A DNA stretch of 63,919 nt, the filler included, from Vicugna vicugna (Eukaryota): the NCBI GenBank assembly GCA_013265495.1. It is 79 parts of 76 records of this genome, joined end to end, with 100 filler letters (N's around TTAATTAATTAA, not from the genome) between each part and the next. Parts side by side here need not be neighbours in the genome. Positions count along the whole stretch, not along the records: positions 51,144 to 51,489 come from PNXW01002550.1; positions 51,590 to 51,825 come from PNXW01002554.1; positions 51,926 to 52,451 come from PNXW01002555.1; positions 52,552 to 53,014 come from PNXW01002556.1; positions 53,115 to 53,624 come from PNXW01002557.1; positions 53,725 to 54,291 come from MU057964.1; positions 54,392 to 55,334 come from MU057965.1; positions 55,435 to 56,530 come from MU057966.1; 71 more parts are not named here. One strand, written 5' to 3'. Under the pieces are notes generated by a model. It was not told the DNA's origin. It did not search any database and saw nothing but the letters and a program-made list of their open reading frames with translations. Shown piece after piece: positions 51,044-61,444 of this stretch (the stretch's first letter is position 1; each line of letters begins with the position of its first letter). The position numbers were made by a program, and so were the translations under genes.

Positions 51044-51468
51044 NNNNNNNNNNNNNNNNNNNNNNNNNNNNNNNNNNNNNNNNNNNNTTAATTAATTAAN
51101 NNNNNNNNNNNNNNNNNNNNNNNNNNNNNNNNNNNNNNNNNNNATATTCTTTTTCATTACAGTTTACTTTAAGGCATTGAATATAGTTCAGTGCCTGGAA
51201 ATCTTGGCGTCCCAATTTATCATTCCCTCCCCCCTTTCCCCTCTGGTAACCATGAGTTTGCATTTGATTTTTATAAAATGACTGTGAATGAGTGAAAATT
51301 CTATTGCTGTATAGTGAAAACAACCCTCACCACACTCGGAACCAAGGAAGACAAGACTGGCACAAGGGATCTGTGAAATTCACTCGTTAGGCAGCACAAT
51401 TCATTTAACTACATTGAGGGTTTTCTGTGGGTTATTGCCCTGGGACTCCACCATGTAAATTGCATGCA

Positions 51469-51489
51469 TGTGTGTGTGTGTGTGTGTGT
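51469..51489 (+). repeat. (TG)n microsatellite at contig end
   Basis: Direct reading. Confidence 0.9.
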
Positions 51490-51589
51490 NNNNNNNNNNN
51501 NNNNNNNNNNNNNNNNNNNNNNNNNNNNNNNNNTTAATTAATTAANNNNNNNNNNNNNNNNNNNNNNNNNNNNNNNNNNNNNNNNNNNN

Positions 51590-51825
51590 CTCCACGCAGC
51601 ACTCTTCAGTCACATGTGTTCCCTGTTCGGGGAAATCCGAGAAACATCTTCCCTGAATTTGGAGAGGCAGCCTCTGTAACTGGGATATCCTGCCAAACCC
51701 CCTAGCATTTCCTGGCACAGAGATATTAGGAAAAGCCTCAGGGGAGTTGAGCTTAAGCTTTCCGTAAGAACCCACGCCAAGCCGACCGTTGGTAGAACCT
51801 CCCCACGCTCAGGATTCCGGAACTA
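51590..51825 (+). repeat. Sat-A satellite fragment
   Basis: Sat-A signature. Confidence 0.93.
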
Positions 51826-51925
51826 NNNNNNNNNNNNNNNNNNNNNNNNNNNNNNNNNNNNNNNNNNNNTTAATTAATTAANNNNNNNNNNNNNNNNNNN
51901 NNNNNNNNNNNNNNNNNNNNNNNNN

Positions 51926-52451
51926 AAAGGGGATTTTGTTATTATAAGTTCAGAATTCCAAAAAATGTTTCTATCAGGCCTGTTTAGTTACTTTCAGAGT
52001 GAGTTTTTTTTTTTCTTATTACCAATTAATGTTGTAAATTTTGTATGTACATAAACCTGTCTGGGGTAAGAGTTGGAGGCTGGCAATGTGTCATTTCTTA
52101 TTCTTTTTTTTTTGTTTTTTATTTTTTTGGAAATTTCTTTTCTCCATTGTAAGGTCGGGTTCTCAGAATAAATTTGCTAGTAAGATTTCCTGCAGGGACA
52201 ACTCTGTGGCATTAAGTCTTTCCTTCTACCACTCCTGGAAGATACTCTGTCACCCGAGAAATCTGTTACCAGCCAGGAAACCAGCCAGGGGTCCCATTTT
52301 TGGAGTTGAAAGGTTCCTCATAAGAGTTTTACTTCTATAATGAAAAATTAAATGGAGGTAACAAAATTGAGGAAAACATTAGATCATCCTCATACCTAAC
52401 CACTCAGTCCTGTCCCCAGTGTCTTTCAACTTGGACCCACTCAGGACGTCT
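51926..52451 (-). mobile_element. Second copy of the ERV internal/leader sequence
   Basis: Colinear with 54436-54887 (TTATAAGTTCAGAATTCCAAAAAAT, GCAGGGACAACTCTGTGGCAT, GGGTCCCATTTTTGGAGTTGAAAG). Confidence 0.65.
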
Positions 52452-52700
52452 NNNNNNNNNNNNNNNNNNNNNNNNNNNNNNNNNNNNNNNNNNNNTTAAT
52501 TAATTAANNNNNNNNNNNNNNNNNNNNNNNNNNNNNNNNNNNNNNNNNNNNCTCATTTTTTAGAAAAAGTAAAGGATTTTAGCCTTAGCAGTTTTATAAA
52601 ATTTTCAAAATCTAGCTTTATATTTATATTACCATTGATTGATAAACAAAATAAAATTTTATATATAAGTTACCAAGTGGTAACTAAAATTTCTGAATAC

Positions 52701-53014
52701 TTTGCTTAAAACAGAGACTCCTTTTTCTTCAGCCAGAAAGTAGCTAGACAAGCAGAAGTTTGAAAATTCTGCCGTACTTTCCTAAACCCATAATGGTAAT
52801 GCTGTCTAAGTAAACTTTTCATACTTCCAGTTTCAAATATTCTGAAAGGAGCCTTTCTTTCCAAAACTTCCTTCTTAAAGACATCTTCATCAATCACAAT
52901 GAAAGATCCATTATCTTCCAACCAGATGGGTTTAAATTAGTCACTCCCAGGCATTTTCAAGAGTTTTTATGGAAATGTCAGAGAATGAAAATGATTATCT
53001 TAATCTGGTTCAGA
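52701..53014 (-). pseudogene. HSFY: HSFY-like heat-shock transcription factor pseudogene, exon-1 fragment (HSF DNA-binding domain) followed by intron
   Basis: Minus-strand translation SEPD*DNHFHSLTFP*KLLKMPGSD*FKPIWLEDNGSFIVIDEDVFKKEVLERKAPFRIFETGSMKSLLRQHYHYGFRKVRQNFQTSACLATF/LAEEKGVSVLSK closely follows HSFY as I recall it. In-frame TAA codons start at 53002, 52969 and 52939, a 1-nt frameshift lies near 52740, and a GT donor at 52700-52699 leads into AT-rich intron. Confidence 0.88.
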
Positions 53015-53114
53015 NNNNNNNNNNNNNNNNNNNNNNNNNNNNNNNNNNNNNNNNNNNNTTAATTAATTAANNNNNNNNNNNNNNNNNNNNNNNNNNNNNN
53101 NNNNNNNNNNNNNN

Positions 53115-53262
53115 CTCTGTGTACCTCAATTTCCACACTGTAAACCTGGGATAACAATCTAATCTTCCTTACTCACTTGGTGTGAAGATTGAAGGATTCA
53201 TTTCTGTAAAACACTCAGAAAAGAATGTAGCACATTTTTGGTGCCCAACAATGTGAACTTAA
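53115..53262 (+). mobile_element. MIR SINE core fragment
   Basis: CTCTGTGTACCTCAATTTCCACACTGTAAACCTGGGATAACAAT..TGTGAAGATTGAA; other MIR-like cores at 29690-29765 (+) and 20570-20650 (-). Confidence 0.7.
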
Positions 53263-53724
53263 TAAGAAAATGATTTACGTCTTCCATCTGATCATCTTCT
53301 GTATTTCATGGCTAGTCTGAGTCCCAAAGGAAATCCTTATTTCCCCTCTTATAAACTCTTGAGGAGCACCCTTCTCTTCCAGTCCACCACCTGTTTAAAC
53401 TGAGGGAGGGGATGCCTCCTCCCCACTAGGCCATGGGAGACTGCTTCTCCTTTCACACCCCTGACCCCTGGCCCACGGCTAACCCTCCTCGCACTAACAG
53501 ATTGAGGTGTGAGTCCGGGGAGACAAACAGGGCATATGAAACCTTTCCTCTCCCTCCAGTGATGGCCACCCTTAGGAAACACCCGGGATGCTCAGCTCCA
53601 TGGCAAGACAGCCCTGTACATTATNNNNNNNNNNNNNNNNNNNNNNNNNNNNNNNNNNNNNNNNNNNNTTAATTAATTAANNNNNNNNNNNNNNNNNNNN
53701 NNNNNNNNNNNNNNNNNNNNNNNN

Positions 53725-54291
53725 CAACAGACAGCAGCACCTGGGTTTTAATAGAATCACTTAGCTTGAATTCCCTAAGTGTTTTCCTAGGATTAGCAGT
53801 AAGCGATGGTGGGGGATGGGCTCTAAAGCCAAGTATTAGCGAGTGCATGTCTGTGCGCATTGGAGGGTTTTAAATTACTTCCCCAACCTTGGAACTCCTG
53901 TGCCCCATAAAGATGCGTGGAATCTGTTTCCCCACCTCCAGCACACACACGGAGACGTGCTCAGGTATCCTGATTGTGGGGAGGCTCCTCCAAATGACAG
54001 CAGCGCCTGGGTTCTNNNNNNNNNNNNNNNNNNNNNNNNNNNNNNNNNNNNNNNNNNNNNNNNNNNNNNNNNNNNNNNNNNNNNNNCCAAGTATTAGCGA
54101 GAGCCTATCCATGGGATGTGGGTTTTTAACCTACAACCCACAATCATGGAATAAATGTGCCCCCTGAAAGATGCTTTGACTGTTTCCCTACATCCAGCAC
54201 ACTCGCGAAGAAGTTTTCTGGTATTCCGAGTGTGGGGGGGTTCCTAAAACTGACAGCAGCACCTGGGTTCTATTAGTATCCCTTAGCTTCT
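53725..54291 (-). repeat. Sat-C satellite (gapped)
   Basis: ACAGCAGC anchors at 53731 and 53997 (266 bp apart). Confidence 0.88.
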
Positions 54292-54391
54292 NNNNNNNNN
54301 NNNNNNNNNNNNNNNNNNNNNNNNNNNNNNNNNNNTTAATTAATTAANNNNNNNNNNNNNNNNNNNNNNNNNNNNNNNNNNNNNNNNNNNN

Positions 54392-55334
54392 ACGTTTATA
54401 TTACAAGGACACAGGAAGAGAAATCCAAGTTCCCCCAAAGGGGGTTTTGTTTTTATAAGTTCAGAATTCCAAAAAATATTTTTATCAGGCCTGCTTAGTT
54501 ACTTTCAGAGTGAGTTTTTTTTCTAGTTCCCAATGAAAGTTGTAAGTTTTCTACGTATATAAACCTGGCTGGGATATTAGTTGGAGGTTGGCAATCTGTC
54601 ATTTATTTTTCTTTTCTTTTCTTTTTTTTTTTGATAGTTCTATTCCCCATTCTAAGGCCGGGTTGTCAGAATAAAATTGCTAGTAAGATTTCCCGCAGGG
54701 ACAACTCTGTGGCATGAAGTCTTTTCCTCTACCACTTTTTCAAGTTTCTCTCTCACCCGAGAAAGCTATTATCAGCCAGGAAGAGGGTCCCATTTTTGGA
54801 GTTGAAAGTTTCTTCATAAGAGTTTTACTTTTATCCCAAAAAATTCAATGGAGTTAACTAAATTGAGGAAAGCATTAGACCAGTCTCNNNNNNNNNNNNN
54901 NNNNNNNNNNNNNNNNNNNNNNNNNNNNNNNNNNNNNNNNNNNNNNNNNNNNNNNNNNNNNNNNNNNNNNNNNNNNNNNNNNNNNNNNNNNNNNNNNNNN
55001 NNNNNNNNNNNNNNNNNNNNNNNNNNNNNNNNNNNNNNNNNGTCTCCACTGGGTGGGTAATTCCCCCCAGTCTCCTTCAACTGGAGGGCCAGGTGCCTGG
55101 ATACACCGCCAAATAAAACTCAGGATCATCAATCAATATTGGAGATCCAAGAACCAGGACAGACTCACCCAAATTCATCTGGACTCCCTGAGGAGGCAGA
55201 TGGGCATAAAGGGCCACTGATGGTACCAAGGCTCCAGTTAATCAGAGAGTCCAGGTGGAGAGAAGTCTAATCTGGGTCCTTTCATGGTAGCCAAAACTGT
55301 TGACTGAAATACATGTTCAGCCTAAAAGTTTAGA
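54392..55334 (-). mobile_element. ERV 5' end: LTR U5 end, tRNA-Arg-type primer-binding site and leader (gapped)
   Basis: Minus strand ...TCAGTCAACA|GTTT-TGGCTACCATGAAAGGAC: LTR ends at 55298 and the PBS at 55293-55276 matches TGGCGACCACGAAGGGAC at 15/18. Confidence 0.7.
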
Positions 55335-55434
55335 NNNNNNNNNNNNNNNNNNNNNNNNNNNNNNNNNNNNNNNNNNNNTTAATTAATTAANNNNNNNNNN
55401 NNNNNNNNNNNNNNNNNNNNNNNNNNNNNNNNNN

Positions 55435-56530
55435 GGAATGCTAGGGGGGTTTGCAGCATATCCCAGTGATAGAGGCTGCTTTCCCAAGGTCAGGGAAATT
55501 ATTTCTCAGACTTCCCCGAACAGTGAACACCTGTGACTGAAGAGAGCTGCGTGGAGTTGTCTCTCGAGCTGCCCCACGCACTGACAATGTTTCCGGAATC
55601 CAGCGCGTGGGGAGGTTCCACCAACGGTCGGCAGACCGTGGGTTCTAATGGAAAGCCTAAGCTCGTCTCCCCTGAGGGTTTTCCTAATGTCTCTGTGCCA
55701 GGGAATTCTAGGGGGGTTTGCAGGATATCCCAGTGACAGANNNNNNNNNNNNNNNNNNNNNNNNNNNNNNNNNNNNNNNNNNNNNNNNNNNNNNNNNNNN
55801 NNNNNNNNNNNNNNNNNNNNNNNNNNNNNNNNNNNNNNNNNNNNNNNNNNNNNNNNNNNNNNNNNNNNNNNNNNNNNNNNNNNNNNNNNNNNNNNNNNNN
55901 NNNNNNNNNNNNNNNNNNNNNNNNNNNNNNNNNNNNNNNNNNNNNNNNNNNNNNNNNNNNNNNNNNNNNNNNNNNNNNNNNNNNNNNNNNNNNNNNNNNN
56001 NNNNNNNNNNNNNNNNNNNNNNNNNNNNNNNNNNNNNNNNNNAACAGGGAACACCTATGACTGTAGAGAGCTGCGTGGAAATATCTCTCGAGCTCCCCCA
56101 CGCACTGACAATGGTTCCGGAATCCAGAGATTGGGGAGGTTCCAACTACGGTCGTCAGCGCGTGGGTTTTAACAAAAAGCCTAAGATCGCCTCCCCTGAG
56201 GGTTTTCCTAATGTCTCTGTGCCAGGGAATGCTAGGGGGNNNNNNNNNNNNNNNNNNNNNNNNNNNNNNNNNNNNNNNNNNNNNNNNNNNNNNNNNNNNN
56301 NNNNNNNNNNNNNNNNNNNNNNNNNNNNNNNNNNNNNNNNNNNNNNNNNNNNNNNNNNNNNNNNNNNNNNNNNNNNNNNNNNNNNNNNNNNNNNNNNNNN
56401 NNCGCGTGGGTTAGAAAGCCTAAGCTCGTCTCCCCTGAGGGTTTTCCTAATGTCTCTGTGCCTGGGAATGCTAGGGGGGTTTGCAGGATATCCCAGTGAC
56501 AGAGGCTGCCTCCCTAAGGTCAGGTCAGGG
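55435..56530 (-). repeat. Sat-A satellite (gapped)
   Basis: Reverse-complement Sat-A signature. Confidence 0.95.
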
Positions 56531-56630
56531 NNNNNNNNNNNNNNNNNNNNNNNNNNNNNNNNNNNNNNNNNNNNTTAATTAATTAANNNNNNNNNNNNNN
56601 NNNNNNNNNNNNNNNNNNNNNNNNNNNNNN

Positions 56631-56831
56631 CAATGGTTCCGGAATCCAGAGCGTGGGGAGGTTCCAACTACGGTCGGCAGCGCGTGGGTTTTAACAGAAA
56701 GCCTAAACTCGCCTCCCCTGAGGATTTTCCTAATGACTCTGTTCCAGGAAATGCTAGGGGGTTTGAAGTATATCCCAGTGACAGAGGCAGCCTCCCCAAG
56801 GACAGGGAAGATATTTCTCGGACTTCCCCGA
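56631..56831 (-). repeat. Sat-A satellite fragment
   Basis: Reverse-complement Sat-A signature. Confidence 0.93.
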
Positions 56832-57429
56832 NNNNNNNNNNNNNNNNNNNNNNNNNNNNNNNNNNNNNNNNNNNNTTAATTAATTAANNNNNNNNNNNNN
56901 NNNNNNNNNNNNNNNNNNNNNNNNNNNNNNNATCCCAAGCCTAGGTTACTGGACATTTTTTGTGAAGTATGGTTGAATAACAATGCTGTGTTAATTTCTG
57001 GTGTACTCTTCCAGCCTTCTTAGAAAGCAGTCTGGCATTTCATATCAAGAGTCAAAAATATTCATATGCTTTAATCCACTAATTCTACTTTGAAAAACTT
57101 TTAATCAGGAAGTATTTCAAAATTGCAGGGAAAAGTCAGTATGGATGCAAGTCACAGACATACTTTTNNNNNNNNNNNNNNNNNNNNNNNNNNNNNNNNN
57201 NNNNNNNNNNNNNNNNNNNNNNNNNNNNNNNNNNNNNNNNNNNNNNNNNNNNNNNNNNNNNNNNNNNNNNNNNNNNNNNNNNNNNNNNNNNNNNNNNNNN
57301 NNNNNNNNNNNNNNNNNNNNNNNNNNNNNNNNNNNNNNNNNNNNNNNNNNNNNNNNNNNNNNNNNNNNNNNNNNNNNNNNNNNNNNNNNNNNNNNNNNTA
57401 TTTTATTTTTTATTCATTTTCAGAGTTGG

Positions 57430-57720
57430 AGTCTTTTGATTGTAGGTGACAAAATCAATCTCCAATGTGCTTAAACAACAACCAAAAAATGGGGATGCAT
57501 GGGATTTGTTGGTTCCTGTAAATGAAAACCTCAGGTCTGAGGTCTGGCTTCAGTCAAGGGGAGCTACTGTAGCCCAGATGATGTCAAGGGCTGCTTTTGT
57601 CCTATCTTTATTCTGTGTCCAAGGATGTCTCAGCATGCTGCTTCTAGGTACTCAGCATTCCAGATCATCCATCCAAACCAGGAGAGGTCTCTTTGGCAGC
57701 TTCCTTTCTTGATAGGGGAA
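57430..57720. mobile_element. MaLR (MLT1-like) LTR fragment
   Basis: GATTGTAGGTGACAAAA..GCTTAAACAA..ATTTGTTGGTTCCTGTAAATGAAAA resembles MLT1J/K (from memory). Confidence 0.45.
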
Positions 57721-57836
57721 GCTTATCATTCACATGNNNNNNNNNNNNNNNNNNNNNNNNNNNNNNNNNNNNNNNNNNNNTTAATTAATTAANNNNNNNN
57801 NNNNNNNNNNNNNNNNNNNNNNNNNNNNNNNNNNNN

Positions 57837-58548
57837 GATATCCTGCAAACACCCCAAGCATTCCCTGGCACAGAGACATTTAGGAAAACCCTCAGGGGAG
57901 ATGAGCTTATGCTTTCCGTAAGATCCCACGCGCTGCCGACCGTTGGTGGAACCTCCCCACGCTCAGGATTCCGGAAACACTGTCAGTGCGTGGGGGAGCT
58001 CGAGAGAAAACTCCACGCAGCTCTCTTCAGTCACAGGTGTTCCCTGTTCGGGGAAGTCCGAGAAATAACTTCCCTGACCTTGGGGAGGCAGNNNNNNNNN
58101 NNNNNNNNNNNNNNNNNNNNNNNNNNNNNNNNNNNNNNNNNNNNNNNNNNNNNNNNNNNNNNNNNNNNNNNNNNNNNNNNNNNNNNNNNNNNNNNNNNNN
58201 NNNNNNNNNNNNNNNNNNNNNNNNNNNNNNNNNNNNNNNNNNNNNNNNNNNNNNNNNNNNNNNNNNNNNNNNNNNNNNNNNNNNNNNNNNNNNNNNNNNN
58301 NNNNNNNNNNNNNNNNNNNNNNNNNNNNNNNNNNNNNNNNNNNNNNNNNNNNNNNNNNNNNNNNNNNNNNNNNNNNNNNNNNNNNNNNNNNNNNNNNNNN
58401 NNNNNNNNNNNNNNNNNNNNNNNNNNNNNNNNNNNNNNNNNNNNNNNNNNNNNNNNNNNNNNNNNNNNNNNNNNNNNNNNNNNNNNNNNNNNNNNNCAAA
58501 TACTGTCAGTGCGTGGGTTAGCTCGAGAGACAACTTCACGCAGCTCTC
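57837..58548 (+). repeat. Sat-A satellite (gapped)
   Basis: Sat-A signature. Confidence 0.95.
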
Positions 58549-58648
58549 NNNNNNNNNNNNNNNNNNNNNNNNNNNNNNNNNNNNNNNNNNNNTTAATTAA
58601 TTAANNNNNNNNNNNNNNNNNNNNNNNNNNNNNNNNNNNNNNNNNNNN

Positions 58649-59145
58649 GTCTCTGTGCCAGGGAATGCTTGGGGGGTTTGAAGGATATCCCAGGGAAAGT
58701 ACCTGCCTCCCCAAGGTCAGGGAAGGTTTTTCTCGGACTTCCCCGAACTGGGAACACCTGTGACTGAAGAGAGCTGCGTGGAGTTGTCTCTCGAGCTCCC
58801 CCACGCACTGACAATGGTTCCGGAATTTTGAGCGTGGGGAGGTTCCACCAACGGTCGGCANNNNNNNNNNNNNNNNNNNNNNNNNNNNNNNNNNNNNNNN
58901 NNNNTTTTCCTAATATCTCTGTGCCAGGGAATGCTAGGGGTGTTTGCAGGATATCCCAGTGACACATGCTGCACCCCCAAGATAAGGGAAGTTATTTCAC
59001 GAACTTCCCCGTACAGGGAACACCTGTGACTGAAGAGAGCTGCGTAGATTTGTCTCTCGAGCTCCCCCACGCACTGATATTGTTTCCAGAATCCTGAGAT
59101 TGGGGAGGTTCCTCCAACGGTCGGCAGCGTGTGGGATCTAACGGA
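58649..59145 (-). repeat. Sat-A satellite (gapped)
   Basis: Reverse-complement Sat-A signature. Confidence 0.95.
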
Positions 59146-59225
59146 NNNNNNNNNNNNNNNNNNNNNNNNNNNNNNNNNNNNNNNNNNNNTTAATTAATTA
59201 ANNNNNNNNNNNNNNNNNNNNNNNN

Positions 59226-59454
59226 NNNNNNNNNNNNNNNNNNNNTTCATTTTGTTTTTCATTATAGGTTACTACAAGATATCAAATATAGTTCCTGTGC
59301 TCTACAGGAGAAACTTATTGTTTACCTACTTTATATATGGTAGTTAACATTTGCAAATCTCAGACTCCCAGCTTATCCCTTCCTACCCCCTTTCCCCCTG
59401 GTAACCATAAGTTTTGTTTTGTTTTGTTTTGTTTTTACTATGTCTTTGAGTCTG
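59226..59454 (-). mobile_element. LINE-1 3' UTR fragment
   Basis: CATTATAGGTTACTACAAGATAT..ATATAGTTCCTGTGCT..GGTAACCATAAGTTT; related pieces at 28751-28875 and 51144-51265. Confidence 0.75.
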
Positions 59455-61432
59455 AATGGGGTTTTGAAGGTAAAGGAGAAGTTGGAAAGCTTTAACAAAA
59501 GCATTCGGGCAGAGGGAATAGTATATTCAAAAACACAAGAGCTGTGAAAGGCATAGCTTATTAGGAAAGCAACTGAGTGTGGTTATATCAGATACAAGAA
59601 CTGCTCATCCAGAGAACAGGCATCAGAGAGTGCTGCGTTAGTGCTGGGAGGCCCTTTCCAGGTCGGGAAAGAGTCCTGATTGGTACTTAAATCTCAACTG
59701 ACAATCAACACCACCTCACCCACAGAGCTTGAGAGGTCAGATGTAAAACGTAGTCACCGTCTGGATATGCTGAGTAGATGAGAGTGCACATTTCGCAGGG
59801 CAGGCCCTCTTCTCCCTCTCTGACCATAACTCAGGACATCGCAGAATGTTTCATAGGCTAGACGAAAGCATGGACTTCAGGATCTGGCACCTGTGATCAG
59901 GCCAGTACTTCACCAGTGGATTTTACCATGAAGGAGCTGCAGGGCACTTTCCTAGGTGTGGTTTCATGTCTCTCATGTGTCACCCAGGACCTGAACCCAG
60001 CTTGGGCTCAAACTCCACACTAACAAAGACCCTCATTCTCTGCACCCCAAAGCAGTAGAAATTCCAGGAGTAAATGAAGTTCCCCTGACNNNNNNNNNNN
60101 NNNNNNNNNNNNNNNNNNNNNNNNNNNNNNNNNTTAATTAATTAANNNNNNNNNNNNNNNNNNNNNNNNNNNNNNNNNNNNNNNNNNNNCCCCTTATAAT
60201 GAACGTATATTTGTAAAGGCAGGACTTTAGAACCACTGCACTTAACATGTTTACATGTGTAGGATGTGAGTTCCCAGGTATGCTCTGGCCCTGCACTTCC
60301 AAAGGTCCAGAGCAGTTATGTTGGCTCTACTGAGACTGTAATTGGTAAAGACCATCTCCAGAGAGGAGGGCTCCTGCTTCACGCTCCAAAGTCAGGATCT
60401 TCTGAGTGGATAAAACAATGGACACTGGACCCTCAATTGTAAATTGATTTAGAATAACGCCAAAGTGTGTAAGACGTGTGTGTGTGCACNNNNNNNNNNN
60501 NNNNNNNNNNNNNNNNNNNNNNNNNNNNNNNNNNNNNNNNNNNNNNNNNNNNNNNNNNNNNNNNNNNNNNNNNNNNNNNNNNNNNNNNNNNNNNNNNNNN
60601 NNNNNNNNNNNNNNNNNNNNNNNNNNNNNNNNNNNNNNNNNNNNNNNNNNNNNNNNNNNNNNNNNNNNNNNNNNNNNNNNNNNNNNNNNNNNNNNNNNNN
60701 NNNNNNNNNNNNNNNNNNNNNNNNNNNNNNNNNNNNNNNNNNNNNNNNNNNNNNNNNNNNNNNNNNNNNNNNNNNNNNNNNNNNNNNNNNNNNNNNNNNN
60801 NNNNNNNNNNNNNNNNNNNNNNNNNNNNNNNNNNNNNNNNNNNNNNNNNNNNNNNNNNNNNNNNNNNNNNNNNNNNNNNNNNNNNNNNNNNNNNNNNNNN
60901 NNNNNNNNNNNNNNNNNNNNNNNNNNNNNNNNNNNNNNNNNNNNNNNNNNNNNNNNNNNNNNNNNNNNNNNNNNNNNNNNNNNNNNNNNNNNNNNNNNNN
61001 NNNNNNNNNNNNNNNNNNNNNNNNNNNNNNNNNNNNNNNNNNNNNNNNNNNNNNNNNNNNNNNNNNNNNNNNNNNNNNNNNNNNNNNTCAGAAGTCAGAT
61101 AGTTTCCTAGGTCTTGGATGAGGAAGGAGGCTCACTGCTCATCCTTGATCCCTTTGCTGGTGGCCAAAAGGGACCAAGGCCCACGAGAGCACTTCTGGGA
61201 GCTGCCTGCCAACACCTGGAAAATGACTGCTCAGGACTGGCTCTGCAGTAGGAGTAGAGGAAGGAAATATTGCCTCCTGGTGGGCATCCTTTGTGATGGC
61301 AGTAGGAGGCCTAGGAGCCTTGGTATCGANNNNNNNNNNNNNNNNNNNNNNNNNNNNNNNNNNNNNNNNNNNNTTAATTAATTAANNNNNNNNNNNNNNN
61401 NNNNNNNNNNNNNNNNNNNNNNNNNNNNNGAC

Positions 61433-61444
61433 TGCGCATGCGCA
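61433..61444. promoter_or_regulatory. Perfect palindromic NRF1 motif TGCGCATGCGCA
   Basis: Exact consensus at the start of a GC/purine-rich contig. Confidence 0.5.
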
